NCBI GenBank assembly: GCA_965200965.1
Contig: OZ241744.1
Span: forward strand, 224,001-288,000
From: an uncultured Candidatus Binatia bacterium
GTDB taxonomy: Bacteria; Desulfobacterota; Binatia; Bin18
DNA length: 64,000 nt
Reading direction: 5' to 3'
How positions within the stretch are numbered: position 1 is the first letter of the stretch; each line of letters starts with the position of its first letter. Below the pieces are notes generated by a model, which had not been told where the DNA came from, made no database searches, and saw nothing but the letters and a program-made list of their open reading frames with translations. This document shows positions 39,243 to 47,735 of this stretch, piece by piece. A program made the position numbers and the translations under genes.

Positions 39243-41354
39243 CTATCGGTATTTCCATCGAACCACTCCTGCTGGCGAGTCGAAGGCTGAACAGGCTGTT
39301 CCGGTAAGCGTGTTTTGAAGTTGTTGGACCGAGCGGAGCAAACACTGGGCCGCAGCGCGAATCGGCTGAGGCTGGACTCGACTACTCAATTCTTGAAGGG
39401 CTTGGATGATTTCGGGGAGGGAACCCTGAATCTGCGAACGGACCTCGTTCGTCATCTGCGAGAAAGAGTCTTCTCCACTCTGAGGTTCCTGTTCGCGCTC
39501 AACGCATTCACACCAATGTCCGGCTAGGTCGCAGGCTTCTTGGACATTATGAACGATTTGCTTGAGCGCCGTTCCATCAATTCTTTGGGTTCCTCTAGCT
39601 ACCTTGTGGATATAGGTGGTGACATAATCATCTTTCTCCCACTGTTGCAGATTCTTGCGTACCTCATTGAGCCTCCTTTGATCGTTTTCTGTCACTGGGA
39701 AAAGAAAGGCATGCATAGCTCCGCCTGGAGCTGTCATGCGTCGCCATACATTGGAGGCTCGCTGGTATCCTGTCCGCCGCAGAGGTGCCTGTTCTAGCCA
39801 TCTTTTGGCTGCCTGCGTGGCTTCTTGGAGGGATGCTCTGTGCTGTTCTATATCGGCGACACCGAAGAGATCAGCCAGTCGTATAGACCTCCCCCAATTT
39901 GTGAACATTTTGATAGCGTCGACGACTCCGGCCAGATTCGGGCATATCTTAGGGACGCTGAGCCATGTCTGAATCCCCGTGCTCGGCGCGAGGAGACTGG
40001 CCCGCAAGGCTGCTGACAGGCCCAGAAGTTTCTGAGGCTCATCCTCAAATGGCCGGGCGTCCCTGATAATGTCTCTGAGATCATCAACAAAGGCTTGCGA
40101 ATTGGGCAAGAGTTGGCGAGCCGCCTGTACCGCGGCAATTAACTCGGGGGGGACGGGGCAGGGCTGGCCCAGCACCGGCCACGCCCGCGCCAGCCAATAG
40201 GCAGTGGGCAGTGTATCCTCGGCAATCAAGGTCCATAGGAGTTCTGTCCAATTTTTCGGGTCAGGAAAAGTCTGGAGTTGGCGGGCAATGGCTTGAATGT
40301 CGGGATTTTCGGTCCCGGGCAGGAAGATATCCGAAGGGGATATCCCTGATTTGTTGCTCTGGTCAGGATTGGGGTCGGATGGATGGAAGTTGTCAGGAGG
40401 TGATTCCTCTAGCCTGTTCTCGTCCATCTGAGACGAAGTTGCCCCGTTTTTTCCTTCTTCTTCGCGCCTCTCCTCTTGACCGGGTTCTGGCCTTTCCTCT
40501 CTCTCTGCCGGCGGCTCAGAAGAAGCGGATTCGGGAGCAAGGGAAGGCTCGAGCTTATCCGCTTGCAGAACTGTGGGGGTTCTCTCTGTTCCAGATGAAG
40601 GGGCAGCGGCTTCTTGGGGCAAAACTTGCTCAGGCTGTGGTAGCGGAACGGGCTTGTCGGACGTTTCTGAGCGAGATTTCGAGGGAGTGCCGGCGGCTCC
40701 GCCTCGGCCTGGTGTTCCTGTCCGTTGTGTGGCTGGGGAAGGCTGTTCGGAGGAGGGGATGAACAACTCGGTGAGGCGTTCATGGATTTTCGCAATCTCC
40801 TCCTCCAATTCCCCGGCCTTTTGGTCACGCAAATGCTTCTTAGCAAGCGTAGCAGGGCGAGGCTGTCGATCATACTTGTAGTACTCAAGCAGTAAGGAGC
40901 GGAACTGCTCCGTGCTTTGCATGGCGGTGGTTATGTGGGTCGTGGGACACCTCTCTGCCGCCCACTGAGAGACATCTCGCATGTCAAAAAACCCCAACAT
41001 TTCTCTTGCTTGGGGGGTGGTGAGATCGCCCAGCGCTTTTTGGAGGCGTCCCCGCTGGTCCCGACGCTCCTGTTGATTCTTCTCGTATAACTGCTGGAGT
41101 GTCTCCAGAAATTGAGGGATAGCTTCCCAGTCGGGAGCTGCCAGGGGTAATTCCTGAACCGTCTTGAGCAAGCCATTCCAGTCTATGCGCGGTTGGGGCA
41201 TCACTGTTTGTGGTTGCTCTTGAGATGCAGTTGCGGACGCCTGAGACGGGACTGAGCTTGATGGGGCTTTCATCGCCTCCCCTTTCTCTCTTCCAAGCCA
41301 AGAGAGCAGAGAGACTACACTTTTGTTCAGTGGTTCACAATACTTATGCCGCAT
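39243..41354 (-). CDS. Helical/low-complexity 5' part of the same large ATPase gene
   Basis: Coiled coils and a Pro/Ser/Glu-rich linker; overlaps the open upstream extension of the ATPase frame. Confidence 0.7.
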   Translation of the reverse strand: MRHKYCEPLNKSVVSLLSWLGREKGEAMKAPSSSVPSQASATASQEQPQTVMPQPRIDWNGLLKTVQELPLAAPDWEAIPQFLETLQQLYEKNQQERRDQRGRLQKALGDLTTPQAREMLGFFDMRDVSQWAAERCPTTHITTAMQSTEQFRSLLLEYYKYDRQPRPATLAKKHLRDQKAGELEEEIAKIHERLTELFIPSSEQPSPATQRTGTPGRGGAAGTPSKSRSETSDKPVPLPQPEQVLPQEAAAPSSGTERTPTVLQADKLEPSLAPESASSEPPAEREERPEPGQEERREEEGKNGATSSQMDENRLEESPPDNFHPSDPNPDQSNKSGISPSDIFLPGTENPDIQAIARQLQTFPDPKNWTELLWTLIAEDTLPTAYWLARAWPVLGQPCPVPPELIAAVQAARQLLPNSQAFVDDLRDIIRDARPFEDEPQKLLGLSAALRASLLAPSTGIQTWLSVPKICPNLAGVVDAIKMFTNWGRSIRLADLFGVADIEQHRASLQEATQAAKRWLEQAPLRRTGYQRASNVWRRMTAPGGAMHAFLFPVTENDQRRLNEVRKNLQQWEKDDYVTTYIHKVARGTQRIDGTALKQIVHNVQEACDLAGHWCECVEREQEPQSGEDSFSQMTNEVRSQIQGSLPEIIQALQELSSRVQPQPIRAAAQCLLRSVQQLQNTLTGTACSAFDSPAGVVRWKYR

Positions 41355-41555
41355 CGCTCATGTCAACTGCGTTCGCCGGCTGACCCAAGCGTAGCATTGA
41401 AAAGAGCGTGGGCATCTCATTGCTTTTCCAGGGTAAAATGCAAGAACGCAACACGCGTTCTCTGACGGCGTTTCTCTACAAGGGACAAGAAGGTCAGAGC
41501 CAATCCGCAAGCTCGTGTGAGCCAAAGAAAGCGTTACGGTGGCGATGTTGCGGGT

Positions 41556-44500
41556 CTAATAGCGCTTGCGCCAGATAATATCGGCGCTGCTGGAGCCTTT
41601 GGAGTTGGCGCTTGTCCGCAAATCGAGGTCAGGCGTAATCTCGTAGTCAATCGCCACTTCCTGGTCCTGTTCGCCGCCGATGCTGTGGGTGGCGGAAATG
41701 CGCGTTTTGCGGGTGAGCGCGCGCCCGAAGCCGATGTAGCCGCCGGAAAAATCCAGGCCACTCAGGTCAATGCCCAGGGCGTCCAGGCCAAGGACATCGG
41801 AAACCGATTGTCTGAGCTTTGCCGCGGCATAGCTGCTGGCCAGCGCCACGGCCTTTTGTTGCAGGTCAATCTCCTCGCCTTTATCCAGCGTGCTGGCGGG
41901 CTTGCCAAACAGCAACAGCGCCAAAATATCGGCCTGCTCCAAAGACGGCGTGCTGCGTAAATCCAGCGTCGGTGCCTCGCCCGTGCCGCCGACCACCGCG
42001 TCAACCACATAATCGTCATGGGTATATCGAGCGAGGATATCCAGCCGCGGATTCATCCGGGTCTCTTTGGCAAAGCTGATGGTTCCCCTGTTCAGGACGA
42101 ACCGACGACCCTGGAAGCCGGCCCAGCCGTCGGCCAGTTGAATAACCCCGGCGAGATACGGTGCCTCGTCCGGTTTTTTGATGACGGCGACCCCTCCGCC
42201 TACAGTGATATTGGCGCTTTGATGCTGGAGGCGGGCGGTGTGGCCTAGGTCCAGCGTCACGTCCAGGGCAAGAGTGTTCAGCCCCGCGGGGGAGCGGGCC
42301 GTCTCCGCGTCCGTCCCGCTGTGGTCGGGCTGGGGCGCGCCGGCACCCGGTTGCACGACAATAGTCTCATCGTGGTGCAAAGGCTGAGCCGAGAGAAACG
42401 ACAGTTCCGGGCGGAGCGTGGCCTGCCGTACGCTGATGTGGCCCTTGAGGTGTGGAGCGGTGAGCAGGCCGCTGGCCGTGAGTTGGCCGTCAACCTCGAC
42501 CCGGTACCGGTGGGTCCATATCGCCGGCCAGCCGTCTGCCGTAAAGCTCAAGTCCAGGGCTTGCGGCCGGTAATCCGCCAGTTCAATAAGCCCGACCCCG
42601 CTCAGGCTGCCGCCGCCGGCTGTGGCCGTTAGTTGGGTGATGTGGAGGTGCCGGGGGCTCAGGCGGCCTGTGAGGCTGATCGGACTCACGGCAAGTCCCA
42701 GCGGTTTGACTGTGGCCCGGCCATCTTTCAGGCCAAAAGTGCCGGTCAGCAGTGGTCTGTCGACCGGCCCGCTGGCGTCCAGATCGAGATGAAGCGTACC
42801 GGCGATGTCGTCCGCCACCCTGCCGCTGAACGCGTTGAGAGAGGCGAGGTTGAGGCCGTCTGAACGAATGCCCACATCCAGATCGCCGAGGACGGCGGCC
42901 CGAAGACCCCGGGCCCAGCCGAGCGACACGGGCAGGCTGCCGTCGGCGTGCAGGGCGTGGTTCTCGTCCTGATGAAAGATGAACTGAAGGCGGGCTTTTT
43001 TGTCTTGGTAGTGGATCGTGGCGCTCAAGCCTTGGTAGGTCTGACCGGCAATCTGGGCTTCGCGCACGGCTGTGCTGCCGGCGATGGACGGAGCCTCGGC
43101 AGTCCCGGCAATCTGGACATGGGCCGAGAACAGGCCGCGTATGCGCGGCTGGCGGGGCAGCAGGCCGGCGAGTTCTTTGAGCGAAACGTCTTGAATCTGG
43201 AGCTGCAAATCCTGGCGACCGGTCGTGGCCAGACTGCCCCGCAGGATGATCTGTTGATCTGGCTGGTCGTGTTTCGCCAGGGCAAAACGGTCAAGCTGGA
43301 TGCCGCCCGCCTGATAGTGAACCCTGGCCGCTTGGGTCAGCCGCCAGGTGCCGAGCGGCAGAGCCACAGACAACTCCTGGAGTTGGGCCACAATCCGCTC
43401 CGGCTCGGCTACAATGTGCGCCCGGAGACGGTGCTGACGCTCAGGGGTCTGCGTAGCGGTGAGGCGGAGATGCAGCCGGTGGTCCTGGCCGGCCTTGGAT
43501 TGGCCAGGAGCAAGTTGCACATCGCCGCGGAGCGTTTGCAGGGCAAGCCCGGCTTGGAGATCGCTCAGCCCGATAGTGAGGCTGGCCTGGGGCTGGGGCT
43601 GGCCAAGCCGCGTGGCGGTAAAGTCGATCGCGGCCGCGGCCAGCGACAACTCGGCCAGCCGTACAGCCTCGGCCCTGAGCTTGCCCTGGGTCCGAATGTT
43701 GCCCGGACGGCCCTCGGCCATTCCCTCCAGCGTGAGTCGCCCCGAGCCTTCCCGACCAGCTAGGCCCAACCAGGGGGAGAGCCGATCAATCTGGAGCGAG
43801 TAGGACAAACGGCTGCTGTGGTCAAGGGCCGTGTCCAACTCCCCGGCGATAGTCAGCCGGGCGTCCGGGGTGAGCAGCGTCGCCTCTGAGATGTGGACTT
43901 GTCCACCGACTATGCGGGCGACGAGCCGGCCGTGGGTGAGGTCCAGCCGGCCGAGCCGGGACGGCTGAAGCGTCATCTCTACTCGGGTGTTCAGGCTTGG
44001 CAGCGCGAGGCCGGTCCCCTGGAGTCTCCCGCGCAGTTTGAGTGCGCCGCTGATCACATCGTGTCCGGCCGCGGCCAGCCGGTCGGCGGCAAAGTTGAGG
44101 CTGTACTCGGGGGTTTCAGCCAAGGCCAGCCGGCCCTGCCAGGTGGCGTGGCCAAGGCCGCCGGTCAGCTCTCCGCTAAGCGTGGCCGTCCCGTTGGCCA
44201 GCCGAGCCTGAACCGAGACGGTTCCCAACTCGACCCCGGCTAACTGTAGCCTCTCGCCCCGAAGGTTTGTCTCGGCCTCAAGCGCAGACACGGCCGTGCC
44301 GACCCCACGGCCACGCAGGCTGCCGTGTATCAGCCCGCGGACACCGCCGAGCGTCTCGTCTGCCGTGTCCAGCAGCCGGGTCAGATCGACATGGGCCAGC
44401 CTCAGCGTTCCCTGATAGCGCGGGGGTTGCTGGCTGAGGTCAGCCTCGGCCTGGGCATCAAGCGTCGCCCCGGCCGTCTTGAGGTGCAGAGTCGCCTGCA

Positions 44501-45374
44501 AATCGCCCGGGCGGCCTGTGAGCTGCACCCGTCCTGCTATATCGTGCTTGAGTGGCAGCCCGGGCGCGAACTGGAGCACATCGGCCAGCCCGATTTTTTC
44601 CAGGCTGAGTTCAAGAGCAAGGCCGAGTTCGGCTGTGCCCACATTGCTGAGCTGGCCGGTCAGCCGAAGCCGGGAATGGTCTGTTGTGAGGCTGAGTTGG
44701 TGCAGCCGGACTGCGGGCGGGGCGGTGCCGTGGTGGTAGTGAGCAGTGGCTTCGACGCCCAGGGGCGGAATACCTTCGGCCAAGGCGTGCAGGCTCAGCT
44801 GACGGATGTCGACGTCAAGGCCGCTTGGAGTGATATCGAGCCGAGCGTCGAGACGCAGAGCGTTCAACTGACAGCTTTGGTCCCCGCGGCTCAGAGCGAT
44901 CCGCCCATTCTCTATGGTCAGGTTTTCCAGGCTGATGATGAGGCTCGGCGGGTTCCGCGGCCCCTCCTGGGTAGCTGACGAGACGGCTTCGAGCAGCTTG
45001 ACCCCGCCCCCGTCACTCTGGGCTATGCGCATAAACGGTCCGACGAGCGAGATGTCCGAGACCTCCAGCCGCTCCTTGAACAGGGACAGGAGCCGATACC
45101 GGGCGGTCAGCCGGGGAATGTGGATCAAGGTCTCGCCCCGGTGCTCAAGACGGAACTGATGCACAATCAGGGAACCCCACAGCGTGCCTTCAAGTCGCTC
45201 AAAGCTGAACTGTCCGACGAGGCTGGTGTTGAGGATGTCAAGAAGGTGCTGGCGGGCCAGGGTGCGAAACTGCTCAGTGCGCACAAACACCAAGCCGCTT
45301 ACCATGACCAGCCCGAGCAGCAGCCCGAGCAGCAACAGGCTCCGACGCAGGATTGTCCACACGGTCGCCATCAC
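41556..45374 (-). CDS. tamB: Translocation and assembly module TamB (AsmA/DUF490)
   Basis: N-terminal TM anchor, long beta-rich body, C-terminal GTGEAPTLDLRSTPSL...DILALLLFG. Confidence 0.85.
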   Translation of the reverse strand: MMATVWTILRRSLLLLGLLLGLVMVSGLVFVRTEQFRTLARQHLLDILNTSLVGQFSFERLEGTLWGSLIVHQFRLEHRGETLIHIPRLTARYRLLSLFKERLEVSDISLVGPFMRIAQSDGGGVKLLEAVSSATQEGPRNPPSLIISLENLTIENGRIALSRGDQSCQLNALRLDARLDITPSGLDVDIRQLSLHALAEGIPPLGVEATAHYHHGTAPPAVRLHQLSLTTDHSRLRLTGQLSNVGTAELGLALELSLEKIGLADVLQFAPGLPLKHDIAGRVQLTGRPGDLQATLHLKTAGATLDAQAEADLSQQPPRYQGTLRLAHVDLTRLLDTADETLGGVRGLIHGSLRGRGVGTAVSALEAETNLRGERLQLAGVELGTVSVQARLANGTATLSGELTGGLGHATWQGRLALAETPEYSLNFAADRLAAAGHDVISGALKLRGRLQGTGLALPSLNTRVEMTLQPSRLGRLDLTHGRLVARIVGGQVHISEATLLTPDARLTIAGELDTALDHSSRLSYSLQIDRLSPWLGLAGREGSGRLTLEGMAEGRPGNIRTQGKLRAEAVRLAELSLAAAAIDFTATRLGQPQPQASLTIGLSDLQAGLALQTLRGDVQLAPGQSKAGQDHRLHLRLTATQTPERQHRLRAHIVAEPERIVAQLQELSVALPLGTWRLTQAARVHYQAGGIQLDRFALAKHDQPDQQIILRGSLATTGRQDLQLQIQDVSLKELAGLLPRQPRIRGLFSAHVQIAGTAEAPSIAGSTAVREAQIAGQTYQGLSATIHYQDKKARLQFIFHQDENHALHADGSLPVSLGWARGLRAAVLGDLDVGIRSDGLNLASLNAFSGRVADDIAGTLHLDLDASGPVDRPLLTGTFGLKDGRATVKPLGLAVSPISLTGRLSPRHLHITQLTATAGGGSLSGVGLIELADYRPQALDLSFTADGWPAIWTHRYRVEVDGQLTASGLLTAPHLKGHISVRQATLRPELSFLSAQPLHHDETIVVQPGAGAPQPDHSGTDAETARSPAGLNTLALDVTLDLGHTARLQHQSANITVGGGVAVIKKPDEAPYLAGVIQLADGWAGFQGRRFVLNRGTISFAKETRMNPRLDILARYTHDDYVVDAVVGGTGEAPTLDLRSTPSLEQADILALLLFGKPASTLDKGEEIDLQQKAVALASSYAAAKLRQSVSDVLGLDALGIDLSGLDFSGGYIGFGRALTRKTRISATHSIGGEQDQEVAIDYEITPDLDLRTSANSKGSSSADIIWRKRY

Positions 45375-45386
45375 CCAGCAGAGTCC

Positions 45387-47273
45387 TCAGAAGAATTGTC
45401 CCACACTGAAATGCGGCTGCCAGAGATTATCATCAGAGGGCGGGTCAAAGGGGAAGCCCACCTGCAGCTGGATCGGGCCGAAGCGGGTAGCATAGCCAAG
45501 GCCAAAACCGGCGGCAAACCGCAGGGCATCAATCGAGATATCGTAAGCCCGGGCCTCAAGCTGACCGAAATCGACGAACACGGCCCCGCTTAGCGCCTTC
45601 CACACCGGGCGGCGGAGTTCTACCGATCCTTCGATCAGGCTCAGGCCGCCGAGCGGGTCGTCCGAGCGGCTCAGCGGTCCGAGGCGGCGACGACCGTACC
45701 CCCGCACACTTTTCTCGCCGCCGGCGTACAGGCGTTCGGAGAGGGGCAGGTTTGTCACCGGGCCAAAGGCATCGGCCAAGCCGACTTTGAGGCGGCTGGC
45801 CACCACCGTCTGCCAGCCGAGCGCATAGTATGTTTTGGCCTCGGTCGTCAGCGTATAAAAGTGGTAATCCGGGCTGCTGGTTTGCGCAAAGTTGAGCGAC
45901 ACCACGCTGCCCCGTTTGGGGTCCAGCCGGTCTGTGGTGGTGTCCCAGGCCAGTTCCAGGACGGGGCCAGAGAGCAGCCCCTCACGTTCAATGCCGCCGA
46001 GAGCGCGGATCGTTGACGGCGAGATATTATTCAGTCTGGCGAACTCCAGCCGGTAGCCGACAGCCCCGGACAGGTTGGAGGAGAAGCGGTGTTCGAGCCG
46101 GGGCCGAAAGCGGGTGTAGTTCAGCAGAAAGGTCTCTTCGTCTTCCTGGCCCTGGCTGAGGTCGAGAACCAGCCGAGCGCGTTTGGTCAGGAAATGGGGT
46201 TGGACGAGTTGCACCCCCAAGGAGCGGGTGATGGACGAGAATTTCAGCAGCACCGACAGACGCCGCCCGCCGCCAAGCCAGTTCCGGTGCTGCCATTCAA
46301 TATAGCCGCGGAACTCATCCTCAGTGCCATAGCCCAGACCGAGCTTGAAATCTCGTGGTGGGCCTTCCTTGACCCGTACCCGCAGCGGGACCACCCGGGG
46401 CCGGCCGTTGGATTGGGTCGGGGCAATCTGGACGGAATCAAACAGGCCCAAGTCCAGCAGGTTTTGGCGGGTCGCGTTCAGAGGCTGGAGAGAGAACTGC
46501 TGGCCGGGCAGGTAGGTGAAGTCCCGTCTGAGGAGTTGGGGGGCGATGCCTTCCAGACCCTCAATATGGGTCTGGCCGAAAACGGTCGGTGGGCCGGGAC
46601 GAATCCGGTAGCGCAGGTGGGCGGTTCGCTGGTCAAGGAGCAGTTCAGCCGCGCGCCTGACCTCGGTCCAGCCATAGCCGCGGTCAAGAAAAAATGTCTT
46701 GAGTTGGGCTGCGGCCGCCCGGTAGCCGTCCTCGGTAAAAATGTCACCCTGTTTGACTGGCAGGTCGGGGAGCCGGGTATCAGAGGGCGGCGCGTGTTGG
46801 TCTGGTTGGGAGGGCTGTCTATCAAGTTGAATATCCACCCGTCCGACCCGGATCGGCTCCCCCTCGTCAATACGAATACGGAGACTGAGCAGGCCGCCTG
46901 CACCGCGGTCCCAGAGACGTTTTTCCTGGCGGGTCAACTCGTAGTGCAGGGTCGCATGATAATAGCCGTGGGAGCGATACAGACGGGTCAGGCGCTTCAG
47001 ATCAAGGCTAAAGGCGACCGGATCAAACAGGGGGTGGGCGCGCCACGGCGTATACCACGGGCGGGCCTCGGTGGTCAGAGCCGCCCGCAACTCGGCTTTG
47101 GCGAGGCGCGTATGACCGGAAAAGCTCAGCCCGCCCAGCCGCCATTGCCGGGCCGGATCAAGGTCGTCAAGGGTGAGGGCAAAGGCCGGCGGAAACAGCC
47201 CGCCCACCAGCGTCGCCACCAGACAGACCAGCAGCAGCCGTCCCGGTGCTGTACACCCTCTTCGCGGATACAT
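45387..47273 (-). CDS. tamA: Omp85 outer-membrane protein, TamA/BamA family
   Basis: Signal peptide, POTRA repeats, HRNWLGGG, YAGGEKSVRGY, terminal GQFF; adjacent to tamB. Confidence 0.85.
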   Translation of the reverse strand: MYPRRGCTAPGRLLLVCLVATLVGGLFPPAFALTLDDLDPARQWRLGGLSFSGHTRLAKAELRAALTTEARPWYTPWRAHPLFDPVAFSLDLKRLTRLYRSHGYYHATLHYELTRQEKRLWDRGAGGLLSLRIRIDEGEPIRVGRVDIQLDRQPSQPDQHAPPSDTRLPDLPVKQGDIFTEDGYRAAAAQLKTFFLDRGYGWTEVRRAAELLLDQRTAHLRYRIRPGPPTVFGQTHIEGLEGIAPQLLRRDFTYLPGQQFSLQPLNATRQNLLDLGLFDSVQIAPTQSNGRPRVVPLRVRVKEGPPRDFKLGLGYGTEDEFRGYIEWQHRNWLGGGRRLSVLLKFSSITRSLGVQLVQPHFLTKRARLVLDLSQGQEDEETFLLNYTRFRPRLEHRFSSNLSGAVGYRLEFARLNNISPSTIRALGGIEREGLLSGPVLELAWDTTTDRLDPKRGSVVSLNFAQTSSPDYHFYTLTTEAKTYYALGWQTVVASRLKVGLADAFGPVTNLPLSERLYAGGEKSVRGYGRRRLGPLSRSDDPLGGLSLIEGSVELRRPVWKALSGAVFVDFGQLEARAYDISIDALRFAAGFGLGYATRFGPIQLQVGFPFDPPSDDNLWQPHFSVGQFF

Positions 47274-47516
47274 TTGCACCTCTTCATATACCCCGGACGA
47301 GCGTCTGTAAAGCGTGGTCAGGCCCCTCAGGCTTGCGGTCGGCGGGCGGGCTTTTGATAGACAGGACGGGACAAGACAGCCAACCACCATGATTGAGGAG
47401 ACTCATATCTCCGCGGGAAACGCAGAACCCGCCCACCACCAGGCTCCGGTACAGTTGGCGATGGGAGATGCCGGTTGGCTCCGGTTCCTGTTCCTGCTGA
47501 GCGACACCCCCGTTCG

Positions 47517-47735
47517 ATGATCTCCGTATTCTTCCTGCTGTCCCTTGCCCTCTATGCCTACGCCGTAGCCTGCATCTTCGTGCCGCTCTTCATGCTCGGG
47601 GTGCTCGCGTACGGTAAGGTCCCCCTCGTCTACAATCGTCAGGAATTACAGTTCTTGCCACCGTCAGATTTCGTCATTGTCAAATTTCGTGACTATAGCG
47701 TGGTGTACCGCCGCCATAGCGGCGACTCGGGGTAA
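47517..47735 (+). CDS. Small hydrophobic hypothetical protein
   Basis: 72-aa ORF with an N-terminal hydrophobic stretch; no recognisable motif. Confidence 0.3.
   Translation: MISVFFLLSLALYAYAVACIFVPLFMLGVLAYGKVPLVYNRQELQFLPPSDFVIVKFRDYSVVYRRHSGDSG

Noticed and set aside
24340-41500. Prophage or integrative element with defined att sites
   Set aside because: No integrase, phage structural gene, tRNA or flanking repeat recognised; island status rests on gene content and apparent composition only.
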